Shown here: piece by piece, positions 12,001-23,900 of the stretch
How the letters are laid out: every line of letters starts with the position of its first letter
Position numbering within the stretch: the first letter of the stretch is position 1
Assembly: GCF_006345805.1 (NCBI RefSeq)
Contig: NC_043007.1
Span: 32,550,001 to 32,614,000, forward strand
Length of the DNA: 64,000 bases
From: Octopus sinensis
Lineage: Eukaryota
Reading direction: 5' to 3'
Notes under the pieces: model-generated
The model's database searches: none
Told to the model about the DNA's origin: nothing
What the model saw: the letters and a program-made list of their open reading frames with translations, nothing else
Program-made: the position numbers and the translations under genes

Positions 12001-14501
12001 GAAGACCTGGTCACTTCTGGTTAAATGCACCCATGTAATAATAATATGATATATATGTGTGTGTGTGTGTGTTTGTATCCTGCCAAGCCTATTGTTGCAG
12101 ACACCCTTTTGTACCCCTGGCCTTCCCATCTCATCTACCTGTTGACCATTCTCCCCCTTTTACTCATCTCTCCATTCACTTCAATCATCTCCTTCCTCTA
12201 GCACTCATACCCCTCTCTCTCTCTCTATCTTCTCACCATCTATGAAGCTCAGACTACGAGTGGTCATCTCATCACCCCCACTTCACACCACCCTCATCCT
12301 TCACAAGATCTATGTATGAAAAACGAGCAGCCAACTTTTGCCAGAGCAGCCAACTGGCTTCCGTGCAGGTGGCACATAAAAGGGCACCATTTGAACGTGA
12401 TCATTACCAATGTCGCCTTACTGGCACCTGTGCCGGTGGCATGTGTAAAAAGATTCGAGCAAGGTCGTTGCCAGTACCGCCTGACTGGCCCCTGTGCCGG
12501 TGGCACGTAAAAAGCACCCACTACACTCTCGGAGTGGTTGGCATTAGGAAGGGCATCCAGCTGTAGAAACTCTGCCAAATTAAGATTGGAGCCTGGTGCA
12601 GCCATCTGGTTCACCAGCCCTCAGTCAAAATCGTCCAACCCATGCTAGCATGGAAAGCGAACGTTAAACGATGATGATGATATCAGCCATGACCAACAAC
12701 ATGCATTATTTTTCTTTTTCTTTTTCATACAATATATCTTAGACTGCAAAGACCAACGTACCCCTTTATTTAAGACAGAAATTTGGTTTAAAGGTGTAGA
12801 ATATTTTTCTATTATTATAACTGAATGAATTAACAAATACCTAATGATATAATCAAACCATATTAAACAACTAAAGATAATTACTTGTGTAATTTACTGT
12901 ATCATTTTAGTAGTTTGATCATCAATTAGTAATTCTATAATATTGTAATTTTCAAAGAATCTTCTATGCAATGTCATCCATTAGCTGATAAATGAATGTC
13001 TACCTTGACTTTAATGCTGTACATTAATGGTATTTTCAAATAACTACCTGAGATTTTATTTACACTTACATATTAGCAAGTCAACTATGCTAATAAGCAG
13101 TTTTAATTATACTTATTATCTAATAATAAAGCAACCAAATTGTAGTAGCAACCAATATAAAATATGGCTTGAGTTACTTATACACATCTCTCTCTCGTTT
13201 TTCTCTCCCCCTCTTCCACCACCCCCACTACAATTTCATTATAATTCACCAATGAAAATGAAAAGATTTAAATTATTTCATATTTCAGTTTGCAGAAATT
13301 ATTATTATAAGATATTGGAAAGAAACTAAAATGCTAGGAATTATGTAAATCAAATTAAAAATAAATATAATTAAAAATGAAAAATTTCGCTTCAAAAGGT
13401 AGCTGGAAATGTAAAAAATAACTATTCATAGTTCTTTCTTAGCATTTCACTAATTATATACAAATCTCAGCAGACAATCAGTTTGCTTTTAAAAGGTATG
13501 ATTAAAAACAACCCAGATTAAATCTTGAATATTAAAAAAATTAACATCATTATCATCAACATTATTATTATTATTTTTAAGGTGGCAAGCTTATATTGAG
13601 GTAATATTTTCCATATATTTACAAGGCAGTGAGCTGGCAGAATCGTTAGCATTCCAGGCAAAATGTTCAACAGCATTTTGTCTGTGGTTATATTCTGGGA
13701 TCAAACTCCACTGAGGTAGATTTTACCTTTCATCCTTTTGAATTCTACAAAATAAGTACCAGCTGATCACTGGGGTCGATGCAATCGACTTAGCCCTTCC
13801 CCAAAATTGCTGGCCTTGTGCCAAAATTTGAAACCATTATTACTATTATATTTAGCTACAGGCTGTGTAGTAAAGATGCTGGCTTCATGGCAAGTGTCTT
13901 CTATTGTAGCCCCAGGTCAACCAAGAGGCTTTCGTGTGTGTGTGTGGGGGGTCTTTGTCTTGTTATTACATGATGGTCGTAAAGAGGCAGCACTGTCACA
14001 CAAGCAATACCAATCTTCTGTAAAAGACATGTTTGGTCATGGGGAAAATAGTACCTTGCTTGGAAATAAGTGAGGGTTGGCAACAGGAAGGACATCTGGC
14101 TGTGAAAATTTGCCTCAACAAATTCTACTCCTGAGCCAAGCAAGTGTAAAAAAAAGTGAACAGTAAACAACAATTATTACTGTTGTTGTTGTTATTATTA
14201 TTATTATTATTAAGGTGGTGAGTTGGCAGAGTTGTTAGCACGTTGGACAAAACGCTTAGCAGCATTTTGTTCATTTTTACATTCTAAGTTCAAAGTCCAC
14301 CAAAGTCAGTTTTGCCTTACATTCTTTTGGTGTCAATGAAATGAGCACCATTTGAGCACAGGAACCAATGTAATTAACATTTTCCCTTCCACCAAAATTT
14401 CAGGCCTTGTGCCTATAGTAAAAAGTCTTCTTCTTATTATTATTATTATCATTACATAAGAACATGGAATAGATTATATAGAATAAAGAAAAACATCTCA
14501 C

Positions 14502-14597
14502 CTAGAAACAAGCTCACTTTGAAGAGGTTGAAAATCTATAAACGACTTCAACTGTCCATAATTTATAAACAATGATTTTTTTTTTTTTACTTCAGAT
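14502..14597 (-). CDS. Weak candidate exon (SEVKKKKSLFINYGQLKSFIDFQPLQSELVS)
   Basis: tttcAG acceptor, AG|GTGAGA donor, 96 nt phase 2-2 open. The frame depends on an A13 run. Confidence 0.2.
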
Positions 14598-15170
14598 CTG
14601 AAATATATGAAAATGAATTCCAATTAGAATCTTTGTATTTTCTTTTTTTCAATTCAAAATCTATTTCAAGGTTATTAAGAATTATTTAAAAACTGGAGTC
14701 ATCGAAAATACTATTCTAATTATGGTTTGTATTTGTATGTTATACTCCGAAAGGAAACAAAACATGTTTTCTTATGTTTTAATAAAAAAAAACATTTTCT
14801 AGAACAAAATTTTTTTTCTTTTAGTTTACTTTTTTTTATTTTTTTAATATTTTAGATGATAACAGATCTAATCCCATTCAATTAGCGTTCAAATCTATCG
14901 CTAGTAAAAGCAAATTTTTTACCTTGCAAATTTCATTCTCACTTCACATCTAATTGTTCAAAACGCCCATATTATAACCCAAATATTCTGTTTTATGTTC
15001 AAATTGGCTACATCCAGCTTCTCACACCTACCCCTACAATGTCATTCTAAAGCATACATCATCAGAATATTGAAGCAATGAGATTAATGCATAATTAACT
15101 GAAAACAATGTTAACGAACAAGCATTAATTTGACAGAGTGATCCCAATGCTAAAAGGTTAAAAACTTCAC

Positions 15171-15575
15171 TCTTTTACTTGTTTCAGTCATTTGACTGTG
15201 GCCATGCTGGAGCACCGTCTTTAGTCGAGCAAATCAACCCCAGGACTTATTCTTTGGAAGCCTAGTACTTATTCTATCGGTCTCTTTTTGCTTAACCGCT
15301 AAGTTACAGGGGTGTAAACACAACACCATCAGTTGTCAAACAATGTTGGGGGAACAAACACAGACACGCAAACATACTGGCACGCGCACACACACACACA
15401 CACACACACATTTACGACGGGCTTCTTTCAATTTCCGTCTATCAAATCCATTCACAAGGCTTTGGTCAGCCCGAGGCTATAGTAGAAGACACTTGCCCAA
15501 GGTGCCACGCAGTGGGGCTGAACCTGGAACCATGTGGTTGGTAAGCAAGCTACTTACCACACAGCCACTCCTACG
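15171..15575 (-). mobile_element. SINE family B (tRNA-like head, GCACCTTGGGCAAGTGTCTT CORE-like segment, internal microsatellite)
   Basis: Same family at 16411-16934(+), 30692-31060(-), 34975-35302(+), 54870-55075(-), 55084-55205(+), 56955-57335(+), 62700-62850(+), 63305-63445(-). Confidence 0.85.
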
Positions 15576-16410
15576 TCTATGGAACAAATCTGAAGACTTG
15601 AAATCCAACAAAAAAAAAAAGGAATTGAGTAAAAAAGGCAGAAGATGAGAGACAAAGAAAGAGAAGAAATAAAAGAGAAGGCCTAAGATAAACCCAACAG
15701 GAAAAGACCAAAATGACAGAGTACAAATGCCTAAGTATCATCATTATCATCATTGTTTAATGTCCGTCTTCCATGGATGCATGGGTAGGACGGCTGACAG
15801 GAGCTGGCCAGGCAGAAGTCTACTCCATGCAACTGTCCGTTTTGGCAGGGTTTTTACAGCTGGATGCCTTTCCTAACACCAACCACTCTGCAGAGTGGAC
15901 TTAGTGCTTTTTACGTGGCACTAGCAGAGGCAAGCTTAGTTTTGGCATGATTTTCACAGCTGGATGCCCTTCCAAATGCCAACCACTTTACAGTGGTATT
16001 AATGCCAGTAAAGAAAAGAAGTGTGGTGAATTGTTCGAATGCGGAACAGTGAGCAAAATATCAAGAAACTCGAGGAACAAACTCAAAGATGGCGAAAAAA
16101 ATATGAAATGAGAAACAGTTGTGTAATTTGATAAATATTCAAAGAAGAAGGTCACATCAGAGACAATTTGGTGCTCAAATGAAACAAGAGAACAAAACAA
16201 GTTGCAGACTTAAGAGAAATGGACAGATCCTATCCTCACTGACATTCTCTGAAATTTAGAAATGAGCACCAAAACTGTCACCAGGTCAATAGTAAAATAC
16301 AATTTCCTCTTCTGCAACCTGACCTTCATGGAATGAAACTACTTTTTTTGATACAAAGAATGAGGATGTTAATAATTTTAGGAAAAAAGATATTAAAAAT
16401 TGTAATCATA

Positions 16411-16576
16411 GGCACAGGAGTGGCCTGTGTGGTAGGTAGCTTGCTTACCAACCACATCATTCCAGGTTCAGTCCCACTGTGTGACACCTTGGGCAAGTGT
16501 CTTCTACTATAGCCTTGGGCTGACCAAAGCCTTGTGAGTGGATTTGGTAGACGGAAACTGAAAGAAGCCCGTCATA

Positions 16577-16647
<71 letters not shown>

Positions 16648-16666
16648 GTATATATATATATACACA

Positions 16667-16717
<51 letters not shown>

Positions 16718-16934
16718 TTACATGTCTGTGTTTGTCCCCACCCCAACATTGCTTGACAACCGATGCTGGTGTGTTTACGTCCCCATGACTTAGCAGTTCG
16801 GCAAAAGACACCAATAGAATAAGTACTAGGCTTCCAAAGAATAAGTCCTGGGGCCGATTTGCTCGACTAAAGATGGTGCTCCAGCATAGCCGCAGTCAAA
16901 TGACTGAAACAAGTAAAAGAGTAAGAGTAAAAAG
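16411..16934 (+). mobile_element. SINE family B with expanded (TA)n/(TG)n insert
   Basis: Full head-core-microsatellite-tail structure ending GACTGAAACAAGTAAAAGAG. Confidence 0.9.
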
Positions 16935-19900
16935 TATACTTCTTTTTTTTTTTTTTCATTTGGTACAAAAGTTACTAAACCAGAAGGGTGTTTTAAGAAT
17001 TCATAGACAGACATAGTATTCTATTTTGGCAATTATTCCTTTTAGCAGAAAATTTTTAAACTTTTCTGTTTTTAATGGTTCTTATATTTTTGTTTTGAAC
17101 ATTAGATTCAAAATGTGTAAAAAAAATTTTTTTAATTAATTCCTTTTTTTTAATCAAAAACTGAACAAGGGTTAGAGGATTTACAGCTGAAGTATTTTTT
17201 CCCCTTTTAATAACTATTTCATTTGCATTTGAATTAATTACACTGTCATCCTTAATAAATTGAAACTGAAACACTTGAAATTTTCAGAAAGTGAAACAAC
17301 AAATGCTTTCAAATGCAAAAACATTTACACTTTTCTAAAAATGAAACAAAATATTTTTGTGAAAAAGACCAAAAAAGAAAGAAAAAAAAACAATACTGCA
17401 GCTTTACACCATTTAACTCTTATCAGTTTCTGTCACTTTTTTAAAAATAAATTCTGAATCTGACATTCAAAACATAAAAATCTAAAGACTAATTTTAAAA
17501 AAATAAAGAGCATCATAAAAAAAAATTAGGAGATGGGGTAAAAATATTCAACATTAAGCCTAATGAGTGCATCTATTTTGACTCTGTACCCAGCAATATG
17601 GTCAGCTAAGTTGAAAATCATTGGTAACAGTACTTCCAAATTGAAAATGTTTACCTTAGTATGGACACAAAACAAGAAATGATTTTCATACCACATACAC
17701 TGAACTATATAAAAAATATATAAATGAACAGACACATGCACTTATAGAAAACACAGTGCCCCATAAATGTCAACAGAACTACAAGACAAGGCCTCCAACA
17801 TCAGTCAATGTAATTTTCCTACAAGAAATGAACTCGCTGGTGAACATAGAACTCCATGAGAAAATAGAGACATCATAATTCATCTAAGAAATGTGTCACC
17901 AACAACGATCTCATATTTGTCGTCATGACCTGATTTTGTGAAATAAGAGTTACGCTCTTATTTCACAATAACAAAACTGGATGGTACAATAATGTAGACC
18001 ATGTTGAAGAACAATGAACCCAGCTTTGAAGTAAAGAATCTATGCAAATAGTTTTACTGTCTTGCACAGAGAGGTGGTTTCAAATGTCTTTTACAAATCA
18101 GGAACACTTGTTTCTCAACAATATTTAATTGACACATATGTCAAGGTTGGATAATGTCATTAACAATCTGCAAGGAACCCGGAATCTCAACTGCATACTG
18201 AACAACATAATGCACACTTGTAATTAACACCTTACAGGTAGAGAAGGCCAGAATCTATTATATTGTTACTAACACTATAAGTTGTGTAAATCTTAATTTT
18301 TCAATAACCTCAATACATTGTCTGGCTTATTATCATCATAAAACTCACCTACATTTTGAAACAAATGTTATCAAGATGAATAAATTTATACATCAAACTA
18401 ACAAAAAATACGTAAAACATGGAATTTCGAAGTCTTTATTTTCAAAGATATTTATTAGTCAAATTTAACTATGAATTTGTTTTCAAATATTACGTGGCCT
18501 ACTAACCTCCTTCAATATTAAGTTTCAATGATAAAAAATATGAACTGCAAAAGTCAATAAAATGTGAAATAATCAAAGTCCTGCCACCAGAGCCGTACTA
18601 TTCATTTCTCTAACATCAACAATTACTCCAGGCAGCCTTATCTGTTTAGCTGTCACAAGTTAACAACACTGTCAATTCGACAAATGCTCTAAGCAAGTGT
18701 GGAGTTCATACAAACCAGTGATTCACAACCAGAGTCCATATGGTCTTTGGGGGGGGGGGGCCCACGTAAGATTCTGTGGCTAAAATTTATTGGCAACAAA
18801 ATTGCTTATACCTCTACAATACACAAAATATTTAACAATTTTTTTAATACAATCCCTATATAATGTTTAATTAGTAAAATATAATAGGATTTTTTAAACG
18901 TCAAATGGTCAGGAGTAACCTCAATAAAATAGGAATCAAAGGGATCTATAGGTAAAAATATTGTTGGAACCCCTAGAAAAGCATTGTGTGAAATTCCTCC
19001 TCCATCCATCTAAAAACCAAATGTTTCAATGACTACCTGTTTTCCGAAAATAAATTTAAAAATTCAAATTATTATCTTCCTTTATGTATAAAATATTTTT
19101 TCTAAATGAAAATCAACAAGTTATATTATGATTATTTAAAGAACTTGTAATCGAAAAGGCACTTTTGTATTTATTTTGTGTGTGTTTTTAATTGAAGTTG
19201 GGATATTATTTTACTTTTTATTTAAAAAGCAAAACATTTTTATGATACACTAATCATCATCATCATCCTTTAATGTCTGTTATCCATGCTGGCATAGGTT
19301 GGACAGTTAAAAGTGATGTGGGCAATATTTGAACTCAGAATGTACAGAGCCGGAAGAAATGCTCAAAGAATCTCTTTCAATGCTTCCGTCAGCTCATCGC
19401 CAGAGTTTGCAATATTTACACACTAGTGCTAGGCTCTTGTCTCTCTTTTCCCTCTTACTTCTAAGATTGTATGACCATATGTTGGCAGTTTCAGAGTTTT
19501 ATATCACAACATATCAAAAAAGCTACACACAAATAAGATTATTACCAACATTGAGAACAAGCTGACTCCATGTCTTTTAAGGCAAGATATGTATAAACTA
19601 TGTGGAGTCAGAGTCGGAAACAATTAAGGGGTAGCAGGAGACGGGGGTCAGTAAAATAGACCACAATCACTTAATTACATAGAGGAGTTGGAGGTGCCAA
19701 TAGAAGAGGAGTCAGAATCAAAGTTTTTTGTTTCGACTCCACAGCCTGGAATGAACCATTACCAATTAAATATTATTAAAAAAGAAATTATAAACATCAT
19801 CATTGTTTAATGTTCATCTTCCAGGCTGGCATGGCTTGGATGGTTCTATAGGAAATGATGAGCCAAGAAGACTGTGCCAAGCTCCAGTGTCTGCCTTGGT

Positions 19901-21052
19901 ATGATTTCAACAATAAATATATGCTGGGGTACCTTAGAAGCGACAAGCGTCTATGAAAGGAAGATGGTTACAAATAACCTTTAATAGGATTATAATAGCT
20001 GTGCACATTCATTTCAAACTAAGGAATGAATAGCAGAAATGCTTGGAAAAATACATGCCTTTACCAAGCTAGGAAATACTTTTAATTTAGATGCACAGAT
20101 ATCAACTAGAAATGGAAGACAAGCACTTCTGCTTCTTTTGTATACTGAAATTCTAGCAGCAAAATTATGGGTAGTGTGTCTCTGAGATATGTAAAAAAAA
20201 AAAATTTTCGACTTGAAATATTTTGCATAAAAAAGGTCCAGAAAGTAATCACTGTTACAACTAAAGAAAATTTGTTTTACCAACACTCTAGTAGTGACAA
20301 TCCTATTTTTAATGCAAACATACCGTTCTAATGTTTTAAGAATTTGAATATGCGGTCCTCATTTTAAACATATATTTAAGTAGCTTTGTTGAAGAAGATT
20401 TGAATAAGTCTGTTTGAAGTTTATCAAGGACAAAGAAGACTTACCACATACAATAATGATTATAATTTCTATATAACAACTGTAAGATTTTAATAAGTAA
20501 ACAAAGCTACAAAGGAATTTCACACAAATTCTCAACAAAGAAATATGGTTGGAGCCTTAAAAATGGTAGCAATGTTTGCAGAAAGTCAAGACTAACAAAG
20601 GAATGGATTTGAAAAGTTGCAGCAACTAGTGTGTCTTGTAGTTGTGTACAAATAATATAATTGTATTGCTCACATTTAAAATAAAATTTTGTCCTACTTA
20701 ACAAAAAACTAGGCAATAAAGACAAAAACAGCATTTTTTTTTTATTAGTTACAAGGGTTCAGAGACAATGAGACAGTACAAAGGACACCATACAACATGA
20801 GTGGGTCACGTAAAAATTTATAAAAAGAAAATGAGATAAGAACAATACCCATCCTTAAGGGTGACAGCTACCTAAAGTCACACAAGAAACTCACAGATTC
20901 TGAATCATGTTGACCACTCAGGTGTCATCTCCCAGCATTTGGGTGCATGTTAAGTTCAAGTCCATTCACTTAGGCCATATTCACTACTCTCATTCAGCTT
21001 TCAATAAATTCACTGATACACAAACCAACAAACTACTAAAACAACACCTTAC

Positions 21053-21202
21053 AACATATATGCAATGATCGCCGTCTCTCCCTGTCTTTCACTCAGACTG
21101 CTACTATTTATAGTCATTCGGTCAAGTCTATTCTTGCAGGGGGGTGTCGTGGCTCTCACCACAACAGTACCATATTCTCCATCTTCACTAACTCTAACCA
21201 AA
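21053..21202 (-). CDS. Candidate exon, unidentified gene (LVRVSEDGEYGTVVVRATTPPCKNRLDRMTINSSSLSERQGETAIIAYM)
   Basis: ccatttcAG acceptor and GTAAGG donor. 150 nt, symmetric phase 2-2, with only one open frame in unique DNA. Confidence 0.5.
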
Positions 21203-21439
21203 CTGAAATGGAATAATCTACGATAGCCAGACCAGACAGTTCCACAAGAATGGCTTTGAACTAACTTGCAAGACATGCTTACTGCTACAGATTTGAACCA
21301 AGTTAACAACAGCAGCAAGACACAGCTATTCCCTTTCTTTTCAAAGCTGCCTTGAAATCACTGCAAGTCCCTCATAAATGTAGCAAGACATGCATGCTGT
21401 TAGAAATTTGAACTAGTTAACAACAGCTGCAAGACACAC

Positions 21440-21812
21440 CTATTTCCTATCTTCAGCAAAATAATCCTTATAAAAAAGCAAAATCTTCCTTCTGTAATCA
21501 GAAAAAAAATGGTTTTTCTCATGCCTTTATATCACTCTCCAATGTTCTGTTCAGAACAAAACTTTTTTCTTTTTAATAAAGCTCTCTCTACAGCTACCTT
21601 TAAACAACCATGTTGTTCTATAGAACATTCCATGGCTTGATGCAATTCCACCCAGCAAACTGAAACAGCAGCAGTCCAGTTTTGATTCAGCTCTTCTAAG
21701 AGCTTTTCTCCGCTTAAGGTGTGTGACAATATCCATCAAGCATTCTATATAGTTTGAGCAACATTCAGAAATTCAATTTCAACCAACAGTCAAGAGTTTA
21801 CAAACTTTGCCT
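21440..21812 (-). CDS. Candidate exon of unidentified minus-strand gene (5' UTR plus possible start MRKTIFFLITEGRFCFFIRIILLKIGN at 21522)
   Basis: Long poly-T tract plus AG acceptor, and an AG|GTGTGT donor. The ATG frame splices in phase 2 to the next candidate exon. Confidence 0.4.
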
Positions 21813-21875
21813 CTAAAAAAAAAAAAAACAATCACGTCTTCAAGAACCAACTATAACTCAGCAAGCCTTCTTTAT

Positions 21876-22095
21876 CCCTTTCGCTACTGTATTTATTTTG
21901 AGATGCTCTGTGTTTCTTTCAATTATTTTAAACATAAAAAAGAATGTAGTAAAATAACTTCGTTATCATTAAGCTAGTGTTAGGAACGTAAATTGTGACT
22001 AAGGTTTGGTGGAATATTTTCATTCAAAACTTATGAAAACAAGACATTTTACCACAGAGCCAGAGCCGGTTTTGGCCAGGTTAGTAACAAAAGGG
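21876..22095. mobile_element. piggyBac-type MITE with TTAT flanks
   Basis: TIRs CCCTTTCGCTAC / GTAACAAAAGGG, TTAT on both sides. Same family as 29403-29614, in inverse orientation. Confidence 0.75.
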
Positions 22096-22319
22096 TTATA
22101 CTACTATTCTCAGCAATCTGTTTATTTAGAAAATTTCTCTACCTATTTCACTAACAAAAACTATTAGACTTTTAACAAGCTCTGTCCCTCTGATATGAAT
22201 GAACGTTACTCATTGATGGAAAATAGTACCAGGATTAATTTTTACCATCTCTCAGCATTTGCATATCACTTCCCACAAAGCATCTACAACTTTGACAATA
22301 AGCTCATTTTATAATGTAT

Positions 22320-22810
22320 GAGCAAAACGCCTACCGTCCAATGGACGGTACTGAATCATATCTGCAATCAGTGTTTTCTTTTCATTAAAAAATAATTAAG
22401 CATGCCTTTATTTCAATAAAATTTTTGGTTTTGTTAAACAAAGTTAAGGCAAAAAAAAAAACTTCTTGAGAAACCAAATAGTCTTTCCTTCCTTCATGCC
22501 AGGTTTGGAGAAAATATCTCTTTTGCATCTTACATTTTTGGTATCTTCAATATACTGCATTTTGTGGCATTATTTCAAGCCAGTCGGCTTTTTTGGTGCA
22601 AAACTGCACATGCATTTTTCTTGCATACACATAGTATTGATCGCAACAGCTGATGTACTTGCGCATACAAATGCACGTTCCCACGGCTTTATTGATCGCA
22701 TTCTCACCTGGAATCGATTTTTGTAATTTTTTCAAGACTTATACACGCCCTGATACCATCGGTGTCAACATATCAAATTTAAGCACAATCGGACAGAATG
22801 GATTTTATAT
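22320..22810 (-). mobile_element. Probable degenerate Helitron-like non-autonomous element
   Basis: Subterminal hairpin TACCGTCCA-A-TGGACGGTA near 22332-22350 followed on minus by GCGTTTTGCTCA|T. TATATAAAA-type opposite end. Confidence 0.35.
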
Positions 22811-23599
22811 AATGTATTACTCTGACATATGACAATGTACAGGTAGTTTTCAAATGTAAACGAACAAGTGAACAGTTTCTCACCTGATGCTTAGTGTTTA
22901 TCACACACAAGTTTGCTTTTCTGTTTATTATCTTTTAACTGTATATTTTTCAATTTTCTATTTGTAAATGTAATAGAATATTTAATTTCATCTTCAAAAC
23001 CATATCAGATTCTTCTGAATTGTATATTTTTGTCTACTGAGTTTGCTAAAACTCATAGATTAGCTTTGTAGAATTGTTTTCCAAATAAGATATAACCACA
23101 TCATCATCATCGTTTAACGTCCACTTTCCATGCTAGCATGGGTTGGATGATTTTGACTGATGGCTGGCGAACCAGACGGCTGCACCAGGCTCCAATCTTG
23201 ATCTGGCAGCGTTTCTACAACCGGATGCCCTTCCTAACGCCAACAACTCCAAGATAAAAAAACCCACCTTGGTAAAAAAATTTTTAAAGTTGAAAATATT
23301 TTTTTCCAGTGCAGGCATGCCATCACCACATAAAAGCAACCAACACACTCTGTAAAGTGGTTGATGTTAGGAAGGACATCCAGCCACAGAAACCATGCCA
23401 AAACAAACAATTGGTGCTGGAGAGCAGCCCTCTGGCTTGCCAGTTCCTGTCATACCATCCAACTCATGCCAGCATAGAGAACAGCTGTTAAATGATGATA
23501 ATGAAAAGTCAGTATCAAATTTACTTGAATTCTTCCTTATTTATTAAGCATGCTACCTTACCACTGCAAATATTCTACACGTTCAGTACAAGGTGTAGG

Positions 23600-23900
23600 G
23601 ATTAATACTTATTGACAGTGGACATTGGAGTTTTGTGGAGAATACGACTTATTAGGGACGTGCAATAAGCCTTCAAGTATGATTCTATTCTACGAAGGGG
23701 AGGAAGACTGTGACTCAATGTGAGGGGTTTGAATCAAATAGGAATATGATAGTGTTTATAACAGAGTGATCACCATTGAAATCGGTTGGAGGGAGCAGAT
23801 TAGGGATCAGGCAGAAGTAATTAATTAAGAAGAGTTTGAGATACGACAGATAGAGGTGTCCATTAATAATATTGATTTTGCACCAATTTGTAAATAAAGA
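23600..23900 (-). mobile_element. CR1/L2-like endonuclease relic
   Basis: LFLIN..IPNLLPPTDFNGDHSVI resembles DL.LTN....LPPL..SDH.VI. Confidence 0.4.

Noticed and set aside
17750-18420. Possible piggyBac transposase relic or exon at 18350-18398
   Set aside because: Only a loose Cys-spacing resemblance (MCQ..ICKRHLKPPLC). The candidate exon ends in a stop. Not supportable without a search.
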